The notes: generated by a model from the letters alone, not told the origin. Counted from the first letter of the whole stretch, positions 37,898 through 48,041 are shown. The stretch: 63,990 nt of DNA, filler included, from an uncultured Methanosarcinales archaeon (GCA_964472345.1; 11 parts of 11 records of this genome joined end to end with filler, not necessarily neighbours in it); one strand, 5' to 3'. Made by a program: numbers and translations.

Positions 37898-38073
37898 GGG
37901 GTTGGTGCGAAATTCGCTTCGCGTCACTGCCAGCTCCCTCCGCTGATTTCCTGAAGCCTTTTTCGCTGCTGTCTCGCAGTTCGCATCGAAGGAAATCAGT
38001 CCCAGCGAGCCCTGCAAGCAGCGGACAGCGTCGCTCGCAATGGAGGAGGCAGTGCACATTTCGCACCAACCCC
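37898..38073. mobile_element. MITE, 176 bp, 16-bp perfect TIRs, near-perfect 9-bp target duplication
   Basis: GGGGTTGGTGCGAAAT / ATTTCGCACCAACCCC; flanks GCGCCAGGC / GTGCCAGGC; nested internal IRs. Confidence 0.8.
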
Positions 38074-38118
38074 GTGCCAGGCAACAACTATTTAAGGCGC
38101 AGGCCTTTTTCTCCGCGT

Positions 38119-38553
38119 ATGCCCTGCCGCTTCTGTGAGTTCATCGCTGGCAAGGTGGTGGGCGGCGGCCCGTTCATTCCCTTGTATCAGACAAAGCGCA
38201 CCGTTTCCTTTCTTTCCATCGACAGCCCAGCGCACGAGGAAGGGCACCTGCTGGTGATCCCAAAGAAGCATTACGGAGCGCTCGCGGAGCTTCCCGCAGC
38301 GGTGCGGAGCGAGCTGTTCGCTCACGCAGCACTCGCGGTGCGCGTGCTGAGAAAGCGCCATGCGGGCTGCAACGTGCTGCTCAACGACGGCAGGGCGGCG
38401 GGGCAGTACGTCCGGCACGTCCACGTGCATGTGATTCCGAGGGACGAAGGCGACAACATCAAGATAGAGCAGTGGAAGGGAAAGAAATTAACGAAGAAGA
38501 AGTTTGAAGAGATATCAAAACGATTAAAAAAGAAACTTTCAGAACGAAGTTAG
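38119..38553 (+). CDS. HIT-family hydrolase
   Basis: CRFC, GHLLVIPKKH, AGQYVRHVHVHVIPR. Confidence 0.92.
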   Translation: MPCRFCEFIAGKVVGGGPFIPLYQTKRTVSFLSIDSPAHEEGHLLVIPKKHYGALAELPAAVRSELFAHAALAVRVLRKRHAGCNVLLNDGRAAGQYVRHVHVHVIPRDEGDNIKIEQWKGKKLTKKKFEEISKRLKKKLSERS

Positions 38554-39557
38554 CGTTTCAACTCCGGCGGGTGCAGCGAGCGGAGCGCTCCCTCGGTTGA
38601 GCACATGATGAGGCATTTTCGGTCGGAGCCAGGCACGACACGACTCTCGAGCAACTCTTCGACTTCAACGTGGCTGCGCAGCAGAACCGGCTCTTTGGCT
38701 TGCTCTCGCTTTTCGACTCTGCGTCTCCACCCTCCTTCTTCGAGTTCTTTATCCGGCACATCCGTGGATGCAATGAACGTCAGATCGGTGCTCGCTTCTC
38801 TGCTCGGATCAAGGTAGGCACCAACAAAGCGCAGATCCTTCACCCTCTTTCTACTAATGCCGAGTTCCTCGCGCAGTTCGCGGAAGACATCAGCATAAAC
38901 ATTGATTTTCCTTCTTTCTTCCCGAAAGTTCCAGTGGCCGGCAACGGTGTTCAGCTCCCCGCTGCGATCCTCTCCTTTCATTCGCTCGTAGACAACGGCT
39001 GATCCATCCGCAGTGATGACAAGTGCTGCAACACCCGGGCAGCGGGAGTGGAATGCCCACTCGTTTTGGTGGAATTGCCTTCCAAGTTCCCTCAATGTCT
39101 TGTTATAGTTTGGACGGCGATCGACGTCTGCACGGAATTCTTTGTAGTGGCTCAGGCCAACCGCCATCTCAAATGTATCACATTTAATTCTGAATGCGTC
39201 GATGCGGAACTTTCGATCGTTGAAGCCTCCGTTCCGCCCATCGTTTATGACTTCGTACGCGATGAGCTGATTTAAGATCTGCTCACGGTAGTTTTTCGGT
39301 GAGGGCATAGAAAATCGCTCTGCTTCAATCTCGGCAAAATCCCTCTCATAGTGAATTTCTGCAATGTAAGCCTGGCACATATCACGAATACGCCTTTCCC
39401 GCTCATCAGGTAAAACAACATCTGGGGGGTAGGCTGCACAGCGCCCTTCGACGAACGCGAACTGACGAACAGCTTCAACATTCTCCCGCACCAGCCAGAC
39501 TCCTTCCCGCGTCTGGTCAGGCGCATAGTCGGCTCGTTTATAGGGTTCTCTGCTCAT
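38550..39557 (-). CDS. NUDIX-domain protein
   Basis: VAGH..RELREELGI Nudix-box-like motif. Confidence 0.7.
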   Translation of the reverse strand: MSREPYKRADYAPDQTREGVWLVRENVEAVRQFAFVEGRCAAYPPDVVLPDERERRIRDMCQAYIAEIHYERDFAEIEAERFSMPSPKNYREQILNQLIAYEVINDGRNGGFNDRKFRIDAFRIKCDTFEMAVGLSHYKEFRADVDRRPNYNKTLRELGRQFHQNEWAFHSRCPGVAALVITADGSAVVYERMKGEDRSGELNTVAGHWNFREERRKINVYADVFRELREELGISRKRVKDLRFVGAYLDPSREASTDLTFIASTDVPDKELEEGGWRRRVEKREQAKEPVLLRSHVEVEELLESRVVPGSDRKCLIMCSTEGALRSLHPPELKR

Positions 39558-39741
39558 CAGGCGCGGTTCAGCGGCGTTGCTATATAAATTTTGCTATCCT
39601 TCAGTGGCACTCTCTATCTTTCCGAGGATGTCTCCCCTGCCNNNNNNNNNNNNNNNNNNNNNNNNNNNNNNNNNNNNNNNNNNNNTTAATTAATTAANNN
39701 NNNNNNNNNNNNNNNNNNNNNNNNNNNNNNNNNNNNNNNNN

Positions 39742-40226
39742 ACCGCCTCAAGCTCCGACAGCTTCTCGTAGGTCGCATCGATCAGGCGCAGGCTTTCCTC
39801 ATAGCGCTCCGCGCGCAGCGCGTCCGCTGCCTGCCCATACAGCACAAGGGCCTGCGTCAGGTCCGCAATGGCCGTTGTCTGGTTCAGCTCAACGCCAAGC
39901 GCGCGCAGCTCATCGGACGCCGTGAACGCAAGCTGCCTCAGCTGCTGCAGCTCTTCGAGCTTCCCCGCCACCTGGGCATAATCGGCATCGGCACCGGCAT
40001 GCTCGCGCTCAGCAGCAACGGCGAACAGCTCCTGTGCAACGAGCAGCGTGTCATTGTACCGCGCAACGGCGAATCCCGCTGCGCGCAGCCCGTCCAGATC
40101 CAGCAGCGCAGCCTGCAGGCTCGCATTGGCCTCGCTCCCTTCCGGAGACAGTCCCGCAGCTCCGCTGAGCGCAATAAGCAGCGCCGCAAAGACAGCGGCA
40201 GCAATTGACATGGGTATCGGTTTCAT
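39742..40226 (-). CDS. Secreted helical hypothetical protein (3' cut by contig end)
   Basis: Signal peptide; ATGA-coupled to the upstream giant gene. Confidence 0.65.
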
Positions 40227-43200
40227 GAGCTCCTCCACCAGCGGCGCCTGCTCGCATGCCGTGCTTCAAGCTCTGCCAGGTGCTCCTCAAGCTCCGCCAG
40301 CCGCTTCGCATAGCTCCTCATCCGGTTCTGGTAGACGCGCGTCTCGAGCTTGCCCGATTCGACGTACAGCCGCTGCATCCGCTGCACAAGGCTCAGCAGC
40401 TCCTTGCGCTCCTGGAGCAGCTCGCGGTTCGCCTTGTGGAACAGCCGGAAGACATTCGCGCGCCTGATCTCGAGCTGCACGGTCTGCTGCACGACCTGCG
40501 CAAGCCGCTGCTCATACTGCTGCAGCGTCTGCAGGTACTCGTTCACGCTCAGCTTGTGCCGCTCGAAGCAGTCGCGCTGCACTTCCTGGATCAGCCCGAT
40601 CATGATGCGCTCCTCTTTCCTGAGGTGCTTCATCCGCGCGCCGAGCAGGAGATACTTTGCCAGCAGGAACAGGAGCCACGCGATGATGGACGCGGCGAAT
40701 GCGGCCGCCGCGAGCGTCTCCCAATTGTTCTCAATGTAGGTGAGGTAGTTGAACCTGCCGACCGTCTCGAGCGCAAGCGTCACGCGCGCATCCTCCGCGC
40801 GCTGCAGCGCAGTGGAGAAGTCGCCGCGCTGCAACGCTGCCTCCGACAGCCGAAGCAGGCGCTTCGTCTTCGCCACGCGCAGCCCCTGGAACTCCGCCTG
40901 CCCGATGTCCTGCTGGACCGCGGCGATCAGCGCGCGTGCCTGCATCGCAAGATCATACAGCGCCTTGATGCGCTGCGCCGTTGCCCGGACAGCGCCGTAC
41001 CGCTTCTGGTCGAACTCGCGCGCAAGCGTCGCGAGCAGCTGCTCCGCTTCCTGCGTCGGCAATCCGAGGGAGGCAAGCTCGCTGATCAGCGCAGCGCTCG
41101 ACTCCTGCAGCGCGGAAGCTTCCCCATGGGGGATCTCCTGGATGACCAGCGACACCGAGCGGTTCTCCCGCAGGAAGGTGCGCAGCGTCACCGCCTGTCC
41201 CTCCGGAAGCGGCAGCGTCGTGACAACAACTCCCGTGATGAGGAACGTCAGGTTGTGGTCGCCCTCGGTAAAGTACTCAGGCGCTCCGATGTTCACGGCA
41301 AAGTCATAGCTCTCATTGGGCCGCAGCGCATCGACCGAGCGCGGCTGCACGCTCAGGTACTGCGCAAGGAAGCCGGAGAGCGCAACGGTGACATTCCGCA
41401 AAATTCCATCAAAGGGGTTCTCCACCCGCAGCGGAAAGCTCTGCTGGCTTCCCCTGACCAGCTCGAATGTCTCGGAGGTCTGCAGCAGGCGGTCGCGCTG
41501 CTGCGGCGTCACGGCGCCGCCGCCTCCGGCGCCCGAGCCGCCGCCTCCGGCGCCGCCTCCGCCGCCCGTGTCCGTGCTTGGAGTCTCCTCTTCCTCTTCT
41601 TCCGCTTTTGCAATCACCGCAACGTCAACGGCAGCAGAGCCGCTCTTGTCCTCCGAGCTGCCGGCAAGGGCCGTGATCGTCTTTGTCCCCGTTGCCGCGT
41701 CGTCCGCAATGGTCACGTTGACCTGGTTGTTCGCGATCGCATCAACCGCAAGCGTGCCGATGGACTTGTTCCGCTCTCCCTGGCTGATCGTCCAGCCCGG
41801 CGAAAGGTTCCACGCGAGCCAGACGCCCGTCGCCGTGGCGTTGCCCTTGTTCTGAACGCGCGCGTTCAGGTACACGCCCGTGTCGCTCTGCGTGACGCTG
41901 ATATTGTAGTCCGTGATCGTGACAAGCAGGAACGGCCCTGAGGCGAAGCTGACGATCGTGCCTGTTGACTGGTTCAGCCCAGGCTCAGCGGTGTCGTTGA
42001 GAGCATCGAGCGTGATGTTCAGCGTGTCGCTGCGCTCCACCGCCTTCGCGACCACCGTCACGGTGAAGTTGCTCGCATTGCCCGCGGGGATGGAGAGCTG
42101 ATAGCCGCTGCTGCCTTCCGCCGTGCGGTTGTAGTAGATTGCGCTGCTCGTGTCCCAGTTCGACGTGACGCGGAAGTCGATGCTCCGGTCGCCCGTGTTG
42201 GTGATGGTGATGTTGGCTGCGCTGATATTGGTTCCGAGCGCACCGGACACCGCCCCGAAGCTAACCGGCGTGAGGTTCCACGTCGAGTCAAACACAATGC
42301 TCAGGTTCCGATCGCTGCTGTTCGCCGTGTTGCCGGCGGTGTCCGTCGCCTCGACGAAATAGGTGTAGTTGCTTCCGGCTGCGGGGGTGAAGTTCGCCTG
42401 ATAGGTGTGCACGAAGTTCTGCGTCGCGCGCAGCGTCATCGCTGCGCTCGTGTTGCTCGTGTTGAGCAGCGAGCGGTAGTACAGCGTGGCAGAGGAAATA
42501 TTGGTATACTCAGTGATGTTGGCGGTCACCTCGACGCTCACGTTCGGGTCAAGGCCGGCGGCGGTGCTCGGCGTGGTGTTGAGCTTGATGACGTCCGGAG
42601 CCGTCGCATCGCTCACGTTGAATGTGATGAGCGTGCTGTTCACCCTCCCCGACACGTCGCGCACGGTGATGTTCGCGGTTATCTGGCCCGCGTTGACGCG
42701 CGACGCGTTGAGCGTGATGTTAATGCTGCTCTCATTCACGAAGGCGGTGCCGTTGCGGATGGTATAGCTCGTGTTGACATACAGCACCGTGTCGCTCCCG
42801 TTCGCGCCGTTGCCCGTGATGTTGATCACCGCATAGTCGAGGAAGCTGTCGTCGGTCCAGTGGCTGTGGGCGGTCGCATTGGCCGCATCGGTGCCTGAGA
42901 TGTTCCCCGTCGCGCGGAACAGCGGCGCCTGGCGGTCAGACGTCTCCTCGGCTTCCTGCGTGATGGTGACGGGGTTCAGCAGGTTCTCGTACGTCTGGTT
43001 GGCCTGCGTGATCTCGCCAAGCCCGTTGAAGACGAGGCGCGCGGTGCGCGTGGAGAAGTTCGATCCGCTGCTCACCGAAGTGCTCGTCGAGCCGATGAGC
43101 AGGTGGCGGTAGAAGTCATTGTCCGAGTCATCAGTAATCTCCATGCTCGGGCTGCTGCTCGCCGCGAAGGTGCGGTTGAGGAACAGCTCCGCGACGGCAT

Positions 43201-44962
43201 CGCCGTTCTCGGTGTTGTACAGCGCGATCCAGCGCATGTTCGTGTCGAGCGATGAGGTGTCAGCGTTGTCGCCGGCCGCGAGCGGCCGCGTGACGATCGG
43301 GTCGCTCGAATTCCGGTACGACGCGTTGGTGTACTTCCCGTCGCCGAACACCAGCCCGTTGAGGTAGAAGCTCTTCCAGTTCTCCGTCGCGGTGGTCGAG
43401 ACATTCTTCTCGCAGAGCATGAAGGAGTTCCTGCTGTAGACGGTGCACTTCACGGCGACAGGCTTCGAGTCGACATCATTCGCGTGGCCGGAGACATTGA
43501 AGATGGCCGCGACAGGGCCCGAGGCGAGCGCTGCAGTTGCGGTCGTGTCGCTGCGCTCCGAGTACGTCGTCAGGCCGATCTGGAACTCGGGATAGAAGTC
43601 CATCGGCTCCGTTCCCGAGAGGCTCGTGTTGCTCCCGAGCTTGCTGATGAGGCGCTGGAGCAGCCCGCCCTGGCTCACGTTGAAGAAGCTGACGAAATGC
43701 GCATTCTCGATGCGGTACTGGTCGCTGGTGTTGGTTGCGTTCAGGTCGCTGCTGTAGTTCTTGGGCAGGCTCGTCTTCGTCGAGATGATGAAATACTGCC
43801 GGACCTCGCTGATGTTCACGCTTGCCAGGAAGATGATGCGCGCGCTCGCAAGGCCGTCGCTGGTGGTGTTCGCCATCAGGAGCTGCGACGGGATCTCAAG
43901 CAGGTGCGTGGTGTTGTACGCAACCACGCGGACGCTCTGGTTGTTCGGCTCATAGGTGAATGAGGTATTCACGTCAACCGGCTCAAACCACCTGCTCCGG
44001 ATGCCCGGCTCGGTGACATTCAGCAGCCTGCGGAAGGTGAACACATTCCCGCTTTCGTCGGTGTAGTTGCCCTGCCACACCTCCCCGCGGTAGAAGAGGC
44101 GCTGCCACACCTGCGAGTTGATGGAGACATCGTACCATCCCCGCGAGCCGTTCACGGTGTAGTTGAAGACGTAGCCGCCGCCCTGCGCAGCCATGCCCTG
44201 CCCGTCGATCTGCCGCACACCTGCCGCATCAACGATGGTGATCTGCGGCGTCGAGAGGAACGAGCCGTTGGCGCGGATGGCCACGGTGTCATTGCCTGCG
44301 AAAGAGCCGCGGGCGCGGTTGTTTCCGTAGGTCTCGACAAGGCGCGCGCGGATCGGCTCATACCTGATGGTGACGTTGAAGAGCTGCGCGCTGAACGTGA
44401 CATTGTCCGCGGAGAACTCCGCCCGGTACTGGAAGAATGTGTTGTTCGCAACCGCGAGCGGCTGCGGCGACGCGTTCTGCGCGAGCGCCGTGAAGCTCTC
44501 CCCGCTGCAGTTGAGGTCGTTGCAGCTCCGCACGGAGAAGTTCAGGCTCGTGTTGATGGTTCCCGCCTGTGAGAGATTCGCCCAGGAGATGTTCTTCCAG
44601 TGTGCAAATTCGCCGGCGCTGAATACGCGCGAGATGAAGCTGCCGTTGAAGCGCTGGGGCGAGCTGTTCAGCTGCACCGAGCCGTTCCCCGTTGCAAAGA
44701 ACGTGAAGTTCCACGTCCCCTGGTTGAAGTCCGCGAACTTCTCATCCTGGCACACGCCGGCAAAGCACCGCCGCACGGTGTTGTTCACCGTCACGCTGCG
44801 CTGCGCGAGTTGGGCGCGGTTGTTGAAGGTGTCGTTTGCCGTGGCGTTGAAGGTGTGCGCGCCTTCGGTGTAGGCGCTGGTGTTCCAGTAAAAGCTGCAG
44901 TTCTTCATTCCCGATACGCCGAAGGAGCAGTTCATGAGCGCGTCGCTGTCAACGAAGATCGT
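40223..44962 (-). CDS. Large cell-surface glycoprotein: Ig/CARDB-like beta domains, Gly-rich linker, TM, cytoplasmic helical tail (5' cut by contig end)
   Basis: >1570 aa, very many N-x-S/T sequons, V.N.G motifs, poly-G linker, one TM near the C-terminus. Confidence 0.8.
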   Translation of the reverse strand, partial: TIFVDSDALMNCSFGVSGMKNCSFYWNTSAYTEGAHTFNATANDTFNNRAQLAQRSVTVNNTVRRCFAGVCQDEKFADFNQGTWNFTFFATGNGSVQLNSSPQRFNGSFISRVFSAGEFAHWKNISWANLSQAGTINTSLNFSVRSCNDLNCSGESFTALAQNASPQPLAVANNTFFQYRAEFSADNVTFSAQLFNVTIRYEPIRARLVETYGNNRARGSFAGNDTVAIRANGSFLSTPQITIVDAAGVRQIDGQGMAAQGGGYVFNYTVNGSRGWYDVSINSQVWQRLFYRGEVWQGNYTDESGNVFTFRRLLNVTEPGIRSRWFEPVDVNTSFTYEPNNQSVRVVAYNTTHLLEIPSQLLMANTTSDGLASARIIFLASVNISEVRQYFIISTKTSLPKNYSSDLNATNTSDQYRIENAHFVSFFNVSQGGLLQRLISKLGSNTSLSGTEPMDFYPEFQIGLTTYSERSDTTATAALASGPVAAIFNVSGHANDVDSKPVAVKCTVYSRNSFMLCEKNVSTTATENWKSFYLNGLVFGDGKYTNASYRNSSDPIVTRPLAAGDNADTSSLDTNMRWIALYNTENGDAVAELFLNRTFAASSSPSMEITDDSDNDFYRHLLIGSTSTSVSSGSNFSTRTARLVFNGLGEITQANQTYENLLNPVTITQEAEETSDRQAPLFRATGNISGTDAANATAHSHWTDDSFLDYAVINITGNGANGSDTVLYVNTSYTIRNGTAFVNESSINITLNASRVNAGQITANITVRDVSGRVNSTLITFNVSDATAPDVIKLNTTPSTAAGLDPNVSVEVTANITEYTNISSATLYYRSLLNTSNTSAAMTLRATQNFVHTYQANFTPAAGSNYTYFVEATDTAGNTANSSDRNLSIVFDSTWNLTPVSFGAVSGALGTNISAANITITNTGDRSIDFRVTSNWDTSSAIYYNRTAEGSSGYQLSIPAGNASNFTVTVVAKAVERSDTLNITLDALNDTAEPGLNQSTGTIVSFASGPFLLVTITDYNISVTQSDTGVYLNARVQNKGNATATGVWLAWNLSPGWTISQGERNKSIGTLAVDAIANNQVNVTIADDAATGTKTITALAGSSEDKSGSAAVDVAVIAKAEEEEEETPSTDTGGGGGAGGGGSGAGGGGAVTPQQRDRLLQTSETFELVRGSQQSFPLRVENPFDGILRNVTVALSGFLAQYLSVQPRSVDALRPNESYDFAVNIGAPEYFTEGDHNLTFLITGVVVTTLPLPEGQAVTLRTFLRENRSVSLVIQEIPHGEASALQESSAALISELASLGLPTQEAEQLLATLAREFDQKRYGAVRATAQRIKALYDLAMQARALIAAVQQDIGQAEFQGLRVAKTKRLLRLSEAALQRGDFSTALQRAEDARVTLALETVGRFNYLTYIENNWETLAAAAFAASIIAWLLFLLAKYLLLGARMKHLRKEERIMIGLIQEVQRDCFERHKLSVNEYLQTLQQYEQRLAQVVQQTVQLEIRRANVFRLFHKANRELLQERKELLSLVQRMQRLYVESGKLETRVYQNRMRSYAKRLAELEEHLAELEARHASRRRWWRSS

Positions 44963-45092
44963 NNNNNNNNNNNNNNNNNNNNNNNNNNNNNNNNNNNNNN
45001 NNNNNNTTAATTAATTAANNNNNNNNNNNNNNNNNNNNNNNNNNNNNNNNNNNNNNNNNNNNCAATCAGAACACACCAACCTAATGCCTATT

Positions 45093-45179
45093 TCAACGGG
45101 AATTTAGGAAATTATGTGCGATGCTCACCAGATTCACCTCGATTCTCACTTTTTCCAAGCCTTTAAGCAGAAACTCTCT
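45093..45179 (-). pseudogene. IS1182-like transposase C-terminal remnant
   Basis: Manual translation REFLLKGLEKVRIEVNLVSIAHNFL. Confidence 0.65.
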
Positions 45180-45255
45180 GATGAGATGGCCAGCGCCTTC
45201 AATACAAAAGGTTTAAAAGAAACACGCCCTTTGCGGCTCGGGGGTGATGCGAAAG

Positions 45256-45468
45256 ATGAAACATGCCATTTTCGCCGGGGTAGCCATGCTCATGGTATTG
45301 ATCGCCGCGTGCGCGCCAGCGCAGCAAAAGGCAGCGCCGGCGGGAGAAGCGCCTGCGGCGGTGCAGCAGGTAGGTGAAGGGGTGCAGGCGGTTGACAGCG
45401 CGAGCGAAGAGCTTGAAACGCAGCAGGCGGACGACGCCGCGGCTGTGCTTGAAAACCTGACGTGGTAG
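45256..45468 (+). CDS. Small acidic lipoprotein
   Basis: LIAAC lipobox; GGGGGTGA RBS. Confidence 0.7.
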   Translation: MKHAIFAGVAMLMVLIAACAPAQQKAAPAGEAPAAVQQVGEGVQAVDSASEELETQQADDAAAVLENLTW

Positions 45469-45488
45469 GTAGGTACGCCCTTTTTTCC

Positions 45489-45647
45489 ATGATCCCCTTG
45501 CGGCAGGTTGCGGCGCTGCTTTTGAGCGGCATTCTTGTTGGCTTGCTTGCACTGCTTGCGAGCGGCACGGTTAGAGCGGGATTCTTCTGGATAGTGGTGC
45601 TCATCATCGCTCTCATTGCAGCGGTGCTGTTTCCCAAGAGGGAATAG
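45489..45647 (+). CDS. Small 2-TM membrane protein
   Basis: Hydrophobic 52-aa ORF. Confidence 0.5.
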   Translation: MIPLRQVAALLLSGILVGLLALLASGTVRAGFFWIVVLIIALIAAVLFPKRE

Positions 45648-45824
45648 GGGTCTGTCCCGATAGGAGCTGCGGCTCAGCAGGCCACGAGAAGCGGCGGGCC
45701 AATAGGTCTAATCACCCAGGTTCCAGGATTACACAATGACCTTTTATAAAATATAAAGAATATAAGAACAACCTTATTAATATACTTCCACTAGCCGCCA
45801 TATGAGTTATATAGGGGTGGTTGG

Positions 45825-46769
45825 ATGGACTATCGGAAGCTGATTTCTTTCGGGAAGGGGGGATATGTCATTTCCATCCCCAAAAGCTGGGTTGAGGAGC
45901 ACCGGCTTGCGAAAGGCAGCGTGGTGATGCTCGAGAAAAGCGGAGAGCAGCTCGCCGTGAGCCCGGCGCAGAACGGGGCGGCGCAGCAGCGGGTGGAGCG
46001 TGACTTTGCCATCCGGGTTGACGGGAGCCCGCCGGACGTTGTCCTGCACATGCTCACCGCAGCGTACCTGAATTCCTACGACACCATCACCATCAGCGGC
46101 GAGCAGCTGAGCAGCGTGCTGCCGCGCATCAGGCAGCAGATCCAGAAACTGATCGCGCTGGAAGTGATGGAATCGAGCCGGACGCGGCTGGTGCTGAAGG
46201 ACTTCCTTGACTTTTCCGCAATCTCGATCGCCGATCATTTACGGAAGATGGATATCCTCATCCGCTCGATGTTCACCGACCTGATTGAGCATCCCGGGCA
46301 GGCTGAAGAGATGGGTGCGCGCGATGACGATGTCGACCGGCTGTTTTTTGTCGTCGCCAAGGCGATGCGGAAGGCAGCGAATGATCCGGCGGTGCTGAAA
46401 AGCCTGCGCCTCTCCTTGCAGGAGCTGTGCACACTGTCCCATCATGCAGGTGCGCTGGAGAGCCTTGCAGACGAGCTTGAGCGGTTTGCCTGCGAAACGG
46501 CCGGCGCGCAGCTGCGCGCAGCGGCCGCGCAGGACGTTGCTGCGTCGCTTGCGGAGATGCAGCAGCTCTATCTCACGACGATGCGCGCGCTGCACAAGCA
46601 GGATGCGCAGCTTGCGCTCGCGCTTGCGGCGGGGAAGCGGGGGCTGATTGACGCATGCACGGCCAGGCAGCGGCAGCACGCGAACGAGCATCCTGCGCCG
46701 GTGCTGCTTGAGATGGTCAAGCGGATGGCGCGGATCAACCACAGCATCGTGCGGAGGATGACGGAATGA
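45825..46769 (+). CDS. AbrB + PhoU-domain phosphate-uptake regulator, paralog 1
   Basis: RKLISFG..YVISIPKSWV; RDDDVDRL; LESLADE. Confidence 0.85.
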   Translation: MDYRKLISFGKGGYVISIPKSWVEEHRLAKGSVVMLEKSGEQLAVSPAQNGAAQQRVERDFAIRVDGSPPDVVLHMLTAAYLNSYDTITISGEQLSSVLPRIRQQIQKLIALEVMESSRTRLVLKDFLDFSAISIADHLRKMDILIRSMFTDLIEHPGQAEEMGARDDDVDRLFFVVAKAMRKAANDPAVLKSLRLSLQELCTLSHHAGALESLADELERFACETAGAQLRAAAAQDVAASLAEMQQLYLTTMRALHKQDAQLALALAAGKRGLIDACTARQRQHANEHPAPVLLEMVKRMARINHSIVRRMTE

Positions 46770-47719
46770 TGGAATACCGCAAGCTGATCTCATTCGGGAA
46801 GAGCAGTTACGTCGTCTCGCTGCCCAAACGGTGGGTGGAGCGCAACCAGCTGCGGAAGGGCGACGTGATTCCCGTGCACGATAATCACGAAAGCCTGACG
46901 CTCTTCGCGAAAACAGACAAGCAGGAGCGCGAGCCGGAGCAGCGCATCGTCATCAGCGTGGACGGCAAGGGGATTGACGAGCTGAAGCGGGAGCTGATCC
47001 CGGCGTACATCAACAACTACAAGATGATCACGCTTGTGGGCGGCGAGGTGCGGGAGAAGACGCCGCAGATCAAGCAGCTGCTGCACAGCCTGATGGCGCT
47101 GGAGGTCATGGAGCAGCACGCGGACCGCATCATCGCGCGCGACTTCCTGAACCTCCACGAGATCTCCATCCCTATGCTGGTCACCAAGATGGATGCGAGC
47201 GCCCGCTCGATGCTTGCCGATACCAAGCGCATGTTTGCGGAGGACCTGTATGAGAACATCTTCAGCAGGGATGAGGATGTCAACCGCCTGAGCTACCTGA
47301 GCTTCCGCGCCATCCGGTATGCGCTGCGGAACCCGCTCATCGCGTCGCAGCATTACCGGCTGACAAGCATGGAGCTGCTCAACCTGTGGATGCTCACGAG
47401 CCAGCTCGAGTACATCGCGGATGAGGCGAAGCGGATCGCGCGCGTGCTGAAGCGCATCTCCCTCGGGCGGGGCGCGCAGGAGCAGGTCATCGCACTCCTG
47501 GGCAAGATCGAGCGGAACGAGCAGGACATGATGACGGCGTGCGGGAAGAAGGACACGATGCTCGCGCACCAGGTCTCCGCGAAAAAGCCGGCGATCGTCG
47601 CGCAGATCAAGCAGCTGTACGAGAAGAACACCGAGGTGCGGGGCATCGGCGCGCTGACGGAGCACCTGAAAATCATGACGCTCGCCATCCATGACATTGC
47701 ACGGAGCGTGTATGAGTGA
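46766..47719 (+). CDS. AbrB + PhoU-domain phosphate-uptake regulator, paralog 2
   Basis: RKLISFG..YVVSLPKRWV; RDEDVNRL; LEYIADE. Confidence 0.85.
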   Translation: MMEYRKLISFGKSSYVVSLPKRWVERNQLRKGDVIPVHDNHESLTLFAKTDKQEREPEQRIVISVDGKGIDELKRELIPAYINNYKMITLVGGEVREKTPQIKQLLHSLMALEVMEQHADRIIARDFLNLHEISIPMLVTKMDASARSMLADTKRMFAEDLYENIFSRDEDVNRLSYLSFRAIRYALRNPLIASQHYRLTSMELLNLWMLTSQLEYIADEAKRIARVLKRISLGRGAQEQVIALLGKIERNEQDMMTACGKKDTMLAHQVSAKKPAIVAQIKQLYEKNTEVRGIGALTEHLKIMTLAIHDIARSVYE

Positions 47720-47776
47720 GGGTTCCTTGTGGTTGCATGAATGCATGTGTCCGTTGTGAGGGCACTGATGATCTTC

Positions 47777-47994
47777 AGGGTCGGTGCAATACGCCGAGAC
47801 TGCGGTCTCTGGTAACTCCTCGCTCCCTCAGAGTAACTCGCTCCGCGGCACTGCCAGCTCGCTCGCGCTTTTTCCGTTGTTCGCTCTTTTTAGGTGTTGG
47901 CAGTCTTCATCGCAGAAAAAGCATGCCTTGCGCGTCTGACGAGTGGACCTGCTCGCTCACAACCGTCGGGCAGTGCACCGTTTCGCACGACCCC
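47777..47994. mobile_element. Second, more degenerate copy of the MITE family
   Basis: Ends AGGGTCGGTGCAATAC / GTTTCGCACGACCCC; shares CACTGCCAGCTC and GGCAGTGCAC blocks with 37898-38073. Confidence 0.7.
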
Positions 47995-48041
47995 CTTTCT
48001 TTCCGATTCATTTTTAAGAGAGCGCTTCTTTTTGTCATCGC

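Noticed and set aside
45647..45720. Possible small RNA (C/D-like GTGATTA..CTGA on the minus strand below a TATA-like box, or a G-U-rich hairpin on the plus strand)
   Set aside because: Boxes imperfect, no guide target identified, strand ambiguous
45825..47719. Tandem AbrB-PhoU paralogs without pst genes
   Set aside because: Multiple stand-alone paralogs of this family are ordinary in archaea
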